The notes under the pieces were generated by a model. The model made no database searches and was not told the DNA's origin. It saw only the letters and a list, made by a program, of their open reading frames with translations. A stretch of DNA of 64,000 nt from Kiritimatiellia bacterium (GTDB lineage: Bacteria > Verrucomicrobiota > Kiritimatiellia > RFP12 > UBA1067). Each line of letters starts with the position of its first letter. Positions within the stretch are counted from its first letter, which is position 1. Made by a program: the position numbers and the translations under genes. The stretch spans positions 36,371 to 100,370 of the forward strand of contig JAFSMR010000001.1 in assembly GCA_017447805.1 (NCBI GenBank), read 5' to 3'. Positions 47,003-56,663 of this stretch are shown one piece after another.

Positions 47003-47455
47003 ATGGCACAACTGAACTTCAACGCGGCGGAGATCGACACGACCTCCCGCGACGCAATCCCGTCTGGCACCTACGAGGCGGTCGTCACCGACTCGGAGAT
47101 GAAGGCCACCAAGAACGGCCTCGGAATGGGCATCAACCTCACGTTCGAGATCCTCTCCGACGGCCCCGCCAAAGGCCGCAAGGTGTTCGTCTGGATCAAC
47201 TACGAGCATCCGAAGGCCGAGGCGCAGCGCATCGGGCGCGAGGAGCTGGCGAGCCTCTGCAAGGCGGTCGGCGTCGCCAACCTCACGGACACGAACCAGC
47301 TCCACAACCTCCCGCTGATGGTGACGGTGGGAGTGGACAGGAACGACCCGACGCGCAATGTCGTGAAGAAGTACGCGGCGAAGGCGGCGCAGCAGACGCC
47401 CGCCGCGCAGACGGCTCCGGCAACCGCATCGGGGACGCCCCCGTGGAGGCGCTAG
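47003..47455 (+). CDS. DUF669-like phage protein (putative ssDNA-binding partner of Sak4)
   Basis: 150 aa, MAQLNFNAAEIDT.... Conserved synteny Sak4-DUF669-RusA. Start set at the ATG following AGGAAT. Confidence 0.5.
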   Translation: MAQLNFNAAEIDTTSRDAIPSGTYEAVVTDSEMKATKNGLGMGINLTFEILSDGPAKGRKVFVWINYEHPKAEAQRIGREELASLCKAVGVANLTDTNQLHNLPLMVTVGVDRNDPTRNVVKKYAAKAAQQTPAAQTAPATASGTPPWRR

Positions 47456-47829
47456 AGTTCGACCTCCCCTGGCCGCCCAGCGTCAATAACTACTACCGCC
47501 ACGTCGGGCCGCGCGTCCTCATAAGCCGCGCCGGTCGCAAGTACCGCACGATGGTCGTAAGCCGCCTCGGAGGGCTCAAGAAGCTCTCCGGGGCGGTTTC
47601 GCTTTCGCTCGAGTGCTACCCGCCGGACAGACGGCGGCGCGACCTCGACAATCTGCTCAAGTGTTTGCAGGATTCCATAACCGCAGCGGGCGTCCTTGAC
47701 GACGATTCGCAGATAAGGCGTCTCCAAATGGAGATGCTCGAACCCATCGAAGGAGGACTCGTCCATGTACGACTTGAGACCTTACCAGAGCGACGCGGTC
47801 AAGGCCGTGTACGACCACCTTCGAGATAA
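47443..47829 (+). CDS. rusA: RusA-family Holliday junction resolvase
   Basis: LPWPPSVNNYYR...DLDNLLKCLQDSI matches the RusA catalytic Asp region. Confidence 0.75.
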   Translation: MEALEFDLPWPPSVNNYYRHVGPRVLISRAGRKYRTMVVSRLGGLKKLSGAVSLSLECYPPDRRRRDLDNLLKCLQDSITAAGVLDDDSQIRRLQMEMLEPIEGGLVHVRLETLPERRGQGRVRPPSR

Positions 47830-49492
47830 GGACACGAATCCGTGCGTAGTCATTCCGACAGCAGGCGGCAAGTCGCTCTGCATAGCCGAGGTCGCCAAGG
47901 ACGCGGTCGTGAAATGGCATGGACGTGTTCTCATCCTCGCCCATGTCAAGGAACTGGTCGAGCAGAACGCCGGGAAGATAAAGGCGATCCAGCCAGACCT
48001 TCCCGTCGGAATCTACTCCGCAGGGTTGGACAGCAGGGACATCGAGCAGCCGGTCATCGTTGCTGGCATTCAGTCGATCTACAACAAGGCCGACCTCTTC
48101 AAGCCGTTCGACCTTGTGATGATAGACGAATGCCACCTCATTCCGCCGGACGGAGAAGGACGCTACCAGACGTTCCTGAACGCCGCCAAGGAGAGGAATC
48201 CGAATGTCCGCCTCATCGGTTGGACGGCGATGCCCTACAGGACGCAAGGCGGGCTTATCTGCAAACCGGAGAACCTCTTGAACGAGGTCTGCTACGAAAT
48301 CGGCGTCAAGGAACTCATCAACCGAGGCTACATCTCGAACATCACCGCGAAGGCAGGGAAGTTCACGCCCGACACGGACGGTCTGCACATCCGCGCCGGC
48401 GAGTTCGTGTCCGAGGACGTGGAGAAGCTGATGGGCGAGGACGGGCTTGTCAACTCGGCTTGCAGGGAAATCGTGGAACTCACGAAGAACCGCAAGGCGT
48501 GTCTCATATTCTGTACGTCCGTCGCCCACTGCAAGAAGGTTGCAGACGCGATAAAGCGCTTCTCCGGCGAGGAGTGCGCCATCGTGACGGGCGACACGCC
48601 TGCGGACGAGCGCGAGGAGACGATCAAGCGGCTTCGCGGCGAATCGGTCAAGGCAGACCTATTCAGCGACAAGCCGCCGCTCAAGTACTGCTGCAACGTG
48701 TCCGTCCTCACGACGGGGACGGACATCCCGCGCCTTGACACAATCGCCTTGCTGCGTCCGACGAACAGCCCTGGGCTTCTCGTCCAGATGGTGGGACGCG
48801 GCTTCCGTTTGTCGCCCGAGACTGGCAAGACCGAGTGTCTCGTACTCGACTACGGGCGCAACATCGAGCGGCACGGGCCGATCGACATGATCAAGGTGAA
48901 GGAACCTGGTCAGGGCGGTGGCGGACCGCTTGCGAAGGTGTGTCCGCAGTGCCAGGCAATCGTGAACCTTCCCGTCATGCTCTGCCCCGACTGCGGCTAC
49001 CAATGGCCGCGCAAGGAGCCGGAGCGGAAGTCCCACGAGGCGACGGCGGCGAAGGTCGGCATCCTGTCTGGCGAGGTGACGGTCGAGAAGTTTCCTGTCC
49101 AGCACACATCCTACCAGGTCTGGGAGAAGCGTGGCGCACCGCCGGACGCCCCAAAGACCGTGCGCGTCACTTACGACATCGACTATCTCACGCACTATTC
49201 CGAATGGCTCTGCCCGGAACACACGGGCTACGCGAGGCGGAAGTTCGAGAAGTGGTGGCGGGAGCACGCGCACCCCGAGTGCTTCATGCCCCGCACCGCC
49301 GACGAGGTGTGCGAGTGCGAGTTCTCCGGGATGCTGCGCGAGGTGAAGGAGATAACCGTTCGGTTCGTCTCTGGGCAGAAGTACCCGGAGATAACAGGCT
49401 ATGAACTTGGCGACTTCCCGCTGGTACAGTCGGGGCAAGACGCACAGGGAGAGGAGGTTTCGGATGAAGACTGGGATGACATTCCCTTCTGA
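47765..49492 (+). CDS. SF2 DEAD/DEAH-box phage DNA helicase
   Basis: Motif I PTAGGKS, motif II DECH, motif VI QMVGRGFR. C-terminal zinc ribbon CPQCQ...CPDCG. Confidence 0.85.
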   Translation: MYDLRPYQSDAVKAVYDHLRDKDTNPCVVIPTAGGKSLCIAEVAKDAVVKWHGRVLILAHVKELVEQNAGKIKAIQPDLPVGIYSAGLDSRDIEQPVIVAGIQSIYNKADLFKPFDLVMIDECHLIPPDGEGRYQTFLNAAKERNPNVRLIGWTAMPYRTQGGLICKPENLLNEVCYEIGVKELINRGYISNITAKAGKFTPDTDGLHIRAGEFVSEDVEKLMGEDGLVNSACREIVELTKNRKACLIFCTSVAHCKKVADAIKRFSGEECAIVTGDTPADEREETIKRLRGESVKADLFSDKPPLKYCCNVSVLTTGTDIPRLDTIALLRPTNSPGLLVQMVGRGFRLSPETGKTECLVLDYGRNIERHGPIDMIKVKEPGQGGGGPLAKVCPQCQAIVNLPVMLCPDCGYQWPRKEPERKSHEATAAKVGILSGEVTVEKFPVQHTSYQVWEKRGAPPDAPKTVRVTYDIDYLTHYSEWLCPEHTGYARRKFEKWWREHAHPECFMPRTADEVCECEFSGMLREVKEITVRFVSGQKYPEITGYELGDFPLVQSGQDAQGEEVSDEDWDDIPF

Positions 49493-49691
49493 CGAGGACG
49501 AGTGGGCGTGGATCGAATGCATGGCTCGGCGGCGGGAGCGTCTGTATAACGCCGCCCGCTATGCCGCGCTCTTTGCGTTCGGGATCGCACTCGTTTTCGC
49601 CATGCTGTGGTTCTGCGTCCGCAACATGGGCGAGAAGCACTACGACCCGTGGCAGAACGCGATCCACAACGTCCGCTCGCAGAGCGGATGA
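49464..49691 (+). CDS. small membrane protein
   Basis: One TM helix (YAALFAFGIALVFAMLWFCV). Start at the internal ATG. Confidence 0.3.
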   Translation: MKTGMTFPSDEDEWAWIECMARRRERLYNAARYAALFAFGIALVFAMLWFCVRNMGEKHYDPWQNAIHNVRSQSG

Positions 49692-49727
49692 TGCACACTT
49701 GAACCTGAAGAAAACAAAGGAGGCCAC

Positions 49728-51791
49728 ATGGCTACAATACCCGTCGCGACGGCAATGGCGTATCTCGCCGCAGGCCTCTCGTGCCTTCCCGCTGCAAAGG
49801 CGAGGAAGCATCCCGCCATAGGCTCGTGGAAGAACTGGCAGACGCGGCTTCCGACGGAGGTCGAGGTCAGGGCGTGGTTCTCGAACGCGCACGACGCGAT
49901 ATGCGTTGTTTCGGGCGCGGTCTCCGGGAATCTCGAATGCCTCGACTTCGACAACGGCGGGGAGCTGTTCGCCGCGTGGATCGAGAAAGTCGATACAGGG
50001 CTTCTCGCGCAGCTTGTCATCGAGCAGACCCCGTCAGGCGGCTACCATGTGTGCTATCGCTGCGATGATCCGGTCGATGGCAACCTGAAGCTCGCCCGTG
50101 GCATCCGCGACGGCAAGCAGAAGACGCTTATCGAGACGCGGGGCGAGGGAGGCCTCTTCCTCTGCGCCCCCACGGAGGGCTACTCGCTCCAGCAGGGAGA
50201 CTTCGCCAATCTGCCGACAATCTCGCCGGACGCCCGACAAGCCCTCCTGGACGCCGCACGTTCGCTCGACGAACTCCCTGCGGCAAGTTGCCCGACCGCC
50301 CCCGTCGGAGCGAACGTGGGGCAACGTGGCGTGGATTCCGCCCCAACGGGCGGAAAGGACGCGTTCGACTTGGCTCCTGGGGACGATTTCAACGCCCGTG
50401 GCGACATACATCCGCTTCTTGAGGCGGCGGGCTGGCAGTTCTGCGGGAACAACCCCGACGGCAACGAACTCTGGACGCGTCCCGGCAAGGACCCTCGCAA
50501 CGGCATCTCGGCGACCTACAAGGACGGATCGTTCTATGTCTTTTCGTCGAACGCCGCACCGTTTGAGCCGAACGTCATGTACAGCCCGTTCGCCGTCTAC
50601 GCGACCCTGAACCACAACGGCGACTACACCGCCGCCGCGTCCGCCCTGCTCACGCAGGGCTACGGCAAGGCGAAGAGCGACCTCGGCGGCGTTACGCTCA
50701 ACCTGAAGCCGGTTGCCGCCGCAGGAACGACACAGGCCGAGGAAGGCCCGATACCGCTGGGGACGCTTAAAAAGCGATTCCCGGAGATGCGCCCCGTCCT
50801 CATCGACGGATTCCTGCGAATAGGAGAGACCATGAACATAATCGCCGCGCCGAAGACCGGCAAGAGCTGGCTCGTCACGCAGCTGTGCGTCTGCGTCGCG
50901 TCAGGGACAGACTGGTTCGGCCACGTCTGCACGCCCGGACGAGTCCTCATCATCGACAACGAGCTTCACGAGGAGACGTCCGCGAACCGCATCCCGCTCG
51001 TCGTGGAGGCGATGCGCAGGGCGAACCCGAGCCTCCCCAACGTGGACGACATGATCGACGTGTGGAACCTCCGTGGCAAGTGGAAGTCGATAGCCGACCT
51101 CTCCGCGTGGCTTCCGAGGTTCAAGGAGGCTGGGTACAGGATGATAGTCATCGACGCGTTCTACCGCGCGCTACCGAAGGACACGGACGAGAACGATAAC
51201 GGCTCTATCGCGAGCATCTACAACTTGATCGACACCTTCGCCAAGCAGGTCGGGTGTTCGTTTGTGTTGATTCATCACACGTCCAAGGGGAACCAGTCGC
51301 AGAAGTCCATCACCGATGTTGGCGCGGGCGCTGGCTCTCAGTCGAGAGCTGCGGACACGCACCTCATCCTGCGCGAACACAAGGACGATGGCTTCCTTGT
51401 ACTTGAGGCCGTGGTGCGTTCGTTTCCGAGGCAAGAGCCGATTGTCCTCCAGAAGGCCTTTCCGCTCATGCTGCCGGACTACGAGAGGAATCCCGACGAC
51501 CTCGCAGGGAAGTCGGAGGTCGGGGTCAAGAAGGACGATCCTCCTCCGTCGGAGATAGCGAAGCGTCTTGCGGAACTTGTCGAACCCGACCATCCACAGG
51601 CCAAGGGGGTGTTCATCGACACGGTGAAGACCGCCTATGGCCTCATGGAGAAGACGGCGAAGCTGGCCGTGGAACGCGCCATAACGGACGGCCTCATCGT
51701 CTGCGGGAGACTCCCGAACCAGCCCAAGGGGATGCAGGCGACGAAGTTCATAACGCTTCCCGGAGAGGAGGACGGCGATGACAGGAATTAG
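49728..51791 (+). CDS. bifunctional primase-polymerase (PrimPol N-terminal domain) fused to AAA_25 RecA-like helicase/ATPase
   Basis: 687 aa. N-terminal Prim-Pol region (AICVVSGAVSGNLECLDFD). C-terminal Walker A IIAAPKTGKSW, Walker B MIVIDAF. Confidence 0.75.
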   Translation: MATIPVATAMAYLAAGLSCLPAAKARKHPAIGSWKNWQTRLPTEVEVRAWFSNAHDAICVVSGAVSGNLECLDFDNGGELFAAWIEKVDTGLLAQLVIEQTPSGGYHVCYRCDDPVDGNLKLARGIRDGKQKTLIETRGEGGLFLCAPTEGYSLQQGDFANLPTISPDARQALLDAARSLDELPAASCPTAPVGANVGQRGVDSAPTGGKDAFDLAPGDDFNARGDIHPLLEAAGWQFCGNNPDGNELWTRPGKDPRNGISATYKDGSFYVFSSNAAPFEPNVMYSPFAVYATLNHNGDYTAAASALLTQGYGKAKSDLGGVTLNLKPVAAAGTTQAEEGPIPLGTLKKRFPEMRPVLIDGFLRIGETMNIIAAPKTGKSWLVTQLCVCVASGTDWFGHVCTPGRVLIIDNELHEETSANRIPLVVEAMRRANPSLPNVDDMIDVWNLRGKWKSIADLSAWLPRFKEAGYRMIVIDAFYRALPKDTDENDNGSIASIYNLIDTFAKQVGCSFVLIHHTSKGNQSQKSITDVGAGAGSQSRAADTHLILREHKDDGFLVLEAVVRSFPRQEPIVLQKAFPLMLPDYERNPDDLAGKSEVGVKKDDPPPSEIAKRLAELVEPDHPQAKGVFIDTVKTAYGLMEKTAKLAVERAITDGLIVCGRLPNQPKGMQATKFITLPGEEDGDDRN

Positions 51792-52010
51792 TTTTTCTTC
51801 GCGTGAAAAAACAAAAAGCAAAACTAATTCCAGGGTCGCTCCGAGGGCGGAATTAGTTTTGTTTTGCCTAGGAAAAACAAAACAAAAAACTACTTCCGGC
51901 CAGGGCGGAAACGGGTCGATTTAGTTTTGTTTTTTTGCGCTCCCTTTAGGGGCGCAGAAAAATCAAAACTAATCCGTGTCCGCCCAAGCTAAAATCGGCC
52001 TGTTTTGGCG
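51792..52010. repeat. repeat-rich region downstream of the primase: reiterated AAAACTAAT/TTAGTTTT elements in both orientations and GC hairpins (gcgctccctttaggggcgc); putative phage origin or terminator cluster
   Basis: ttagttttt...aaaactaattcc...ggaattagttttgtttt...atttagttttgttttttt...atcaaaactaatcc read directly. Confidence 0.6.
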
Positions 52011-52287
52011 TGGAGCGAAAAAGCCGACCGCTCGGGCAACCGAAAGAGGCCGATGACGAGGCCCCGAAAACCGCCCGAACGGTCGACGGCGGACATTGTG
52101 CCATAACCCGCACGACAAGTCAACCGCCCGAATCGGGAAATAACGGCTCGGGTCGGGCGGGGTGGGACGTAACGTCCCTGCGAGGCTACGGTTCCTCCCT
52201 GCCCCCTCTCAAAGGCAGGGCGCGGGAAGGAGCGCAACTCCAGGACAGACTTTCTTTCCCGACGACGTAATTTTCAAGGAGGTAAAA

Positions 52288-54516
52288 ATGCAAGGAAAAC
52301 AAGATGAAATGACCTATGCAACCGTGTGTTCGGGAATCGAGTGCATGAGCGCAGCGGTAGCGCCGCTCGGCGGCTGGAAGCCGGTGTTCTTCAGTGAGAT
52401 CGAGCCGTTCCCGTGTTCGCTACTGAAGCACCGGTACCCGACGGTTCCAAACCTTGGGGACATGACGAAAATCACAGCCGAGAAGATCGGCGAAGAGAAA
52501 TGGAGGATCACAAATGGAACAGATGTCATTGAACTTGCCGGGCGTCTCGGCTGTCTCGCCGGCGGCACGCCGTGCCAGGACGTGTCGGTCGCGGGGAAGC
52601 GCGCGGGCATGGCCGAAGGGAGCGGAACCCGCTCCAGCCTTGCCTTCCACTTTGCAAGGCTTTGTCGAGAGCTACAACCCAGATGGGTGCTTTGGGAGAA
52701 CGTTCCGGGAGTTCTCACCTCAAACGGAGGACGCGACTTCGCGCACTTCGTCAAGTCGATTGGGGAATGCGGGTATTCTCTTGCCTACAGGACTTTGGAC
52801 GCTCAATGGGTGCGAGTGGACGGGCTGCCCCGCGCAGTTCCACAGAGACGCCGGCGTGTGTGGCTTGTCGGACATCTTGGAGACAGTTGGCGAACACCTG
52901 CGGAAGTACTGTTTGAGCCTCAAGGCGTGCGCGGGGATACTCCGCCGTGCCGCATCGCGGGGCAAGGATTTACCAGCGAGACTGGCGGCGGCGCTGAAGG
53001 CGCAGATCGCCCGGTTCCAACGAACTCAAACGGCGGCGACGTGATGCCCGCCCTCACCGCGCGGGACTTGGAGGCGCGGATGACCGGGCAGGCTGATCGC
53101 TCGGGCGGATACGTCATGCAGCCGTCGGGCTTCGACCCCTACGAGCCTGGCGGCGTCAAGTCGGACAGTCCAGAAGTCTCGGGCGCTCTCGTCAATGGCT
53201 CTTCGCCGGGTTTCCACAACGCGGTGTGCTTTGAGAACCACCAGACGGATGCAAGGACGACGGAGGTTGATGTCGCCCCGACTATGGGTGCAACGCACAA
53301 CGCGCAGGCGGCGAACAACAACCCGCTTGTCGTTGTGCCGACCGACGTGTTCGGCAAGGTCGCGCACGCCATGAACAAGAACGGCGACGGCGAGAAATAC
53401 GCGAAGATCGAGGTCGCCGAGACGAGAAACACATTCTCGAATTCGGAGGCGCGGACACAGGAAGTTGTCGTGCAGCCCAAGGACGGCGTAGTAGCCATCG
53501 ACATGGACAAGAACAAGCCGACGAACGCCGACAAGCCTGTCCGCAAGGGCGGCGCTGGATTTGGCGTCTCGGAGAAAGGCGCGTCCTACACGCTCACGGC
53601 GAGAGACCAGCACGCGGTCGCATACGCCATCGACTCTATGGGGTCCAACGCGATGAAGTCGAAGAACCCGAAGAGCGGATGTCGGGAGGTTGAGTGTGCG
53701 CCGACTCTGACGACGGTCGATTCCGCGCCGGTCAAGCACCAGGGCGGCACAGCGGTCGTGGCGTTCCTTCCGGGCAACTCCAAGAAGGCTCGTTCCATCG
53801 CCGCCGACGAGGAGGTTTCGCCTACGCTCATGCGGACGCAGGGCGAGAGCGGCAACAAGGTCGCTGTAGCGACGGAGTGCGTCGGCGTGTTCGACATGGA
53901 GGCAGGGAAGTCGAGCGGTCGGGCGGACACGTCCGGCGTTTCGCCCACGATCCTCGCGTTGCACGGCACAGACCCGCACGCGGTGTGCATCGGCTTCAAC
54001 GCGGAACCGGGAACGCACGTCCAGACCCCGCACGACAACCTTGGCGACACCCTCGCTGTGAGCCACAAGTGCGGCGTCGCAATCGGCCTCGACCGCGCCT
54101 CGTTCAACCAGGGGAAGAACGCGAAGTTCGGCTTCTCGGTCGAAGAGGAATGTGCGCCCACGGTCGTGTCCAAGGGACCTGGCGCGGTCTCGTTCGAGCC
54201 GGGGATCGCCAAGCGCGAGGGAGCGTCGCACCGCTTCTCGGACGAGGTGACGTCGACGCTGCGCTCCGACATGGGCGACAACCTCCCGGCGGTCGCCGTG
54301 GACTACATCGTCCGCCGCCTGACCCCGCTCGAGTGCGAAAGGCTCCAGGGGCTGCCGGACGGATACACGCTGATTCCGCATCGCGGGAAGCCTGCGGAGG
54401 AGTGTCCCGACACGCCAAGGTACAAGGCGCTGGGCAACGGCTGGGCGGTCAACTGCGCCCGCTGGATATGCCAGCGAATCCAGAAACACGAACAGGAGAA
54501 CACACATGGAAACTAA
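52288..54516 (+). CDS. DNA (cytosine-5)-methyltransferase with an exceptionally long (about 470 aa) reiterated variable region; candidate multispecific MTase
   Basis: Motif I CSGIE, motif IV GGTPCQDVSVAG, motif VI ENVPG, motif VIII QRRRRVWLVG, C-terminal motifs IX/X (RRLTPLECERLQGLPDGYT, GNGWAVN). Start at the ATG after AAGGAGG. Confidence 0.85.
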   Translation: MQGKQDEMTYATVCSGIECMSAAVAPLGGWKPVFFSEIEPFPCSLLKHRYPTVPNLGDMTKITAEKIGEEKWRITNGTDVIELAGRLGCLAGGTPCQDVSVAGKRAGMAEGSGTRSSLAFHFARLCRELQPRWVLWENVPGVLTSNGGRDFAHFVKSIGECGYSLAYRTLDAQWVRVDGLPRAVPQRRRRVWLVGHLGDSWRTPAEVLFEPQGVRGDTPPCRIAGQGFTSETGGGAEGADRPVPTNSNGGDVMPALTARDLEARMTGQADRSGGYVMQPSGFDPYEPGGVKSDSPEVSGALVNGSSPGFHNAVCFENHQTDARTTEVDVAPTMGATHNAQAANNNPLVVVPTDVFGKVAHAMNKNGDGEKYAKIEVAETRNTFSNSEARTQEVVVQPKDGVVAIDMDKNKPTNADKPVRKGGAGFGVSEKGASYTLTARDQHAVAYAIDSMGSNAMKSKNPKSGCREVECAPTLTTVDSAPVKHQGGTAVVAFLPGNSKKARSIAADEEVSPTLMRTQGESGNKVAVATECVGVFDMEAGKSSGRADTSGVSPTILALHGTDPHAVCIGFNAEPGTHVQTPHDNLGDTLAVSHKCGVAIGLDRASFNQGKNAKFGFSVEEECAPTVVSKGPGAVSFEPGIAKREGASHRFSDEVTSTLRSDMGDNLPAVAVDYIVRRLTPLECERLQGLPDGYTLIPHRGKPAEECPDTPRYKALGNGWAVNCARWICQRIQKHEQENTHGN

Positions 54517-55765
54517 CAGGATGAAGGTCGTGAACGTCCCCGTCTCGGAGATCATTCCCTACGAGAACAACCCGCGTATCAACGAGGGCGCGGTCGAGCA
54601 GCTGGCGAACATAATCGCCACCCTCGGCTTCAGGAATCCCGCCGTCCTCAACAAGGACAAGGTCATCATCGAGGGTCACACGCGCCTTCTCGCCGTGAAG
54701 AAGCTCGGCTGGGAGACGATGCCCTGCATCATCGCCACCGACCTGACGCCGGAGCAGGAACAGGCCTTGCGCATCGCCGACAACAAGATTGCTGAAATCG
54801 CGGAGTGGGACGAGGACAAGCTCAAGGTCGAACTCGCCGCGTTGCAGGAGGCGGGGTTCGACCTTTCGCTTCTCGCCTTTGGCGACGACGAGCTGGACGA
54901 CCTTTTGGGCGGCGAGGCGGGGACGCACGGCGAGACGGAGCCTGACGCGGTTCCCGAGACGCCGGAGATTCCCGTCTCGACCCCTGGCGAAGTCTACCAG
55001 CTCGGAAAGCACCTCCTCGTCTGCGGAGACTCGACGAAGCCCAACGACGTCGACAAGGTGTGCAAGGCGGACGAGGCGAACCTCTGGCTCACGGACCCGC
55101 CGTACAACGTGGACTACCACGGCTCGGACGGACAGTCGATCCAGAACGACTCGATGGAGGACACGAAGTTCCGCGAGTTCCTTCGCGCGGCGTTCGGCTG
55201 CGCGGAGAAGCGCCTCAAGCCGGGCGGCTCGTTCTACATCTTCCACGCGGATTCCGAGGGCTACAACTTCCGGGGAGCGTGCTTTGACGTGGGGCTTAGC
55301 GTGAGGCAATGCCTCGTCTGGAAGAAGAATTCGCTCGTCCTCGGACGGCAGGACTACAAGTGGATTCACGAACCCTGCCTCTACGGTTGGCGCGAGGGGG
55401 CGGCGCACGACTGGTACTCCGACTGTTCGCAGACGACAGTTATGGAGTTCAACAAGCCGAAGAAGAACGACCTCCACCCGACGATGAAGCCCGTCGAGAT
55501 GCTGTGCTACCTGATCGGCAATTCGTCGAAGCGCGGCGACATCGTCCTCGACACGTTCTGCGGTAGTGGCTCGACGCTCATCGCCTGCGAGAGGACGGGT
55601 CGCGTGTGTAGGGCCGTCGAACTCGACCCGAAATACTGCGACGTAATCCGCAAGAGGTGGGCGGAGTTCGTGCATGGGGAGGGATGCGATTGGCAATCGC
55701 TGACTCCCGTCGTCGGCACATCACCGGCGCCAGAAGCGGAGGATGCACACGATGAAGGTGCTTGA
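54506..55765 (+). CDS. ParB/Srx-like nuclease domain fused to N6-adenine/N4-cytosine DNA methyltransferase
   Basis: N-terminal ParB-like region (IIEGHTRLLAVKKLGW). MTase motif IV DPPY (LWLTDPPYNVDYHG). C-terminal FxGxG-type AdoMet motif DTFCGSGST. Confidence 0.8.
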   Translation: METNRMKVVNVPVSEIIPYENNPRINEGAVEQLANIIATLGFRNPAVLNKDKVIIEGHTRLLAVKKLGWETMPCIIATDLTPEQEQALRIADNKIAEIAEWDEDKLKVELAALQEAGFDLSLLAFGDDELDDLLGGEAGTHGETEPDAVPETPEIPVSTPGEVYQLGKHLLVCGDSTKPNDVDKVCKADEANLWLTDPPYNVDYHGSDGQSIQNDSMEDTKFREFLRAAFGCAEKRLKPGGSFYIFHADSEGYNFRGACFDVGLSVRQCLVWKKNSLVLGRQDYKWIHEPCLYGWREGAAHDWYSDCSQTTVMEFNKPKKNDLHPTMKPVEMLCYLIGNSSKRGDIVLDTFCGSGSTLIACERTGRVCRAVELDPKYCDVIRKRWAEFVHGEGCDWQSLTPVVGTSPAPEAEDAHDEGA

Positions 55766-56390
55766 ACTCTTCTCCGGGACGGGCGTCCTGTCGGCTGCGT
55801 TCAGGGAGCGCGGCCACAGGACGCTGACGGTTGATTGGGAGGAGTCGCACAAGCCCGACCTCAAGGCTGACATTGGAGCGCTGACTGCCGATGACATCGT
55901 TCGGCTGTTCGGCCGCCCCGACATCGTATGGGCAAGTCCCGACTGCACGACGTATTCCGTCATGTGCATCTCGCGCCACCGCGACGGCGTGAAGCCAAAG
56001 TCGGAGTACGCCGCGCAATGCGACAGGACAAACGCCCACGTGTGCGCCCTCATCTGCGAACTGAAGCCAAAGGCGTGGTTCATCGAGAACCCTGTCGGGA
56101 TGCTGCGGAAGATGCCGTTCATCCAGAAGCTGATGGAAGACACCGGTGGTCGCCGCCATACGGTGACGTACTGCCAGTACGGCGAGAGGCGGCAGAAGCC
56201 GACCGACATCTTCACGAACCACCCCGACCCGAAGTTCCGTCCGCCGTGCAGACGCGGCGACAAGTGCCACGATGCCGCGCCTCGCGGCTCCAGGACGGGG
56301 ACGCAGGGACTGAAAGGCAAGGCTCTGCGGGCGAAGCTCCCGGCGGAACTCTGTAGGCACGTCGTCCGCATCTGCGAGAGCCTCGTGTAA
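55752..56390 (+). CDS. minimal C5-MTase-like protein (about 212 aa) lacking a target-recognition domain
   Basis: Motif I ELFSGTG; motif IV-like SPDCTTYS (Cys retained, Pro to Asp); motif VI FIENPVG; motif VIII-like QYGERRQ. No TRD-length insertion. Confidence 0.6.
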   Translation: MKVLELFSGTGVLSAAFRERGHRTLTVDWEESHKPDLKADIGALTADDIVRLFGRPDIVWASPDCTTYSVMCISRHRDGVKPKSEYAAQCDRTNAHVCALICELKPKAWFIENPVGMLRKMPFIQKLMEDTGGRRHTVTYCQYGERRQKPTDIFTNHPDPKFRPPCRRGDKCHDAAPRGSRTGTQGLKGKALRAKLPAELCRHVVRICESLV

Positions 56391-56570
56391 GTGCGGAAAG
56401 TGTGCAAACTCCGCGATTGTGTCGTGTAGACGTTTTCCACTTCACGACACAACTGTGCAGGAAACACACTCCCATATGCGGCGCAATTGGGCCATATAAG
56501 CCCGATTTACGCCGTATCTTCTTGAAAATCCAAGTAATACAGCCCGACAGAGGTGTGAGAGATCTATACG

Positions 56571-56588
56571 TCGACATTGACATGTCGA
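56571..56588. promoter_or_regulatory. operator-like palindrome TCGACAT-tgac-ATGTCGA upstream of the phage metK
   Basis: Seen directly. Overlaps a TTGACA hexamer. Confidence 0.3.
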
Positions 56589-56663
56589 GGATCCACACTA
56601 TCGGGCGACACTCTACGACAAACCAGCAAACCGCCCCGCAAAATCGGGGCAGAAAGGCGAAAA

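Noticed and set aside
53026-54555. 509-aa minus-strand ORF and many other long antisense ORFs across 45-64 kb (for example 58427-60619, 62181-63512, 50034-50615)
   Set aside because: They lie antisense to genes with clear domain signatures. They are the expected consequence of about 65% GC with GC3 bias suppressing stop codons. Their amino-acid composition is Arg/Ala/Gly/Pro-rich low-complexity.
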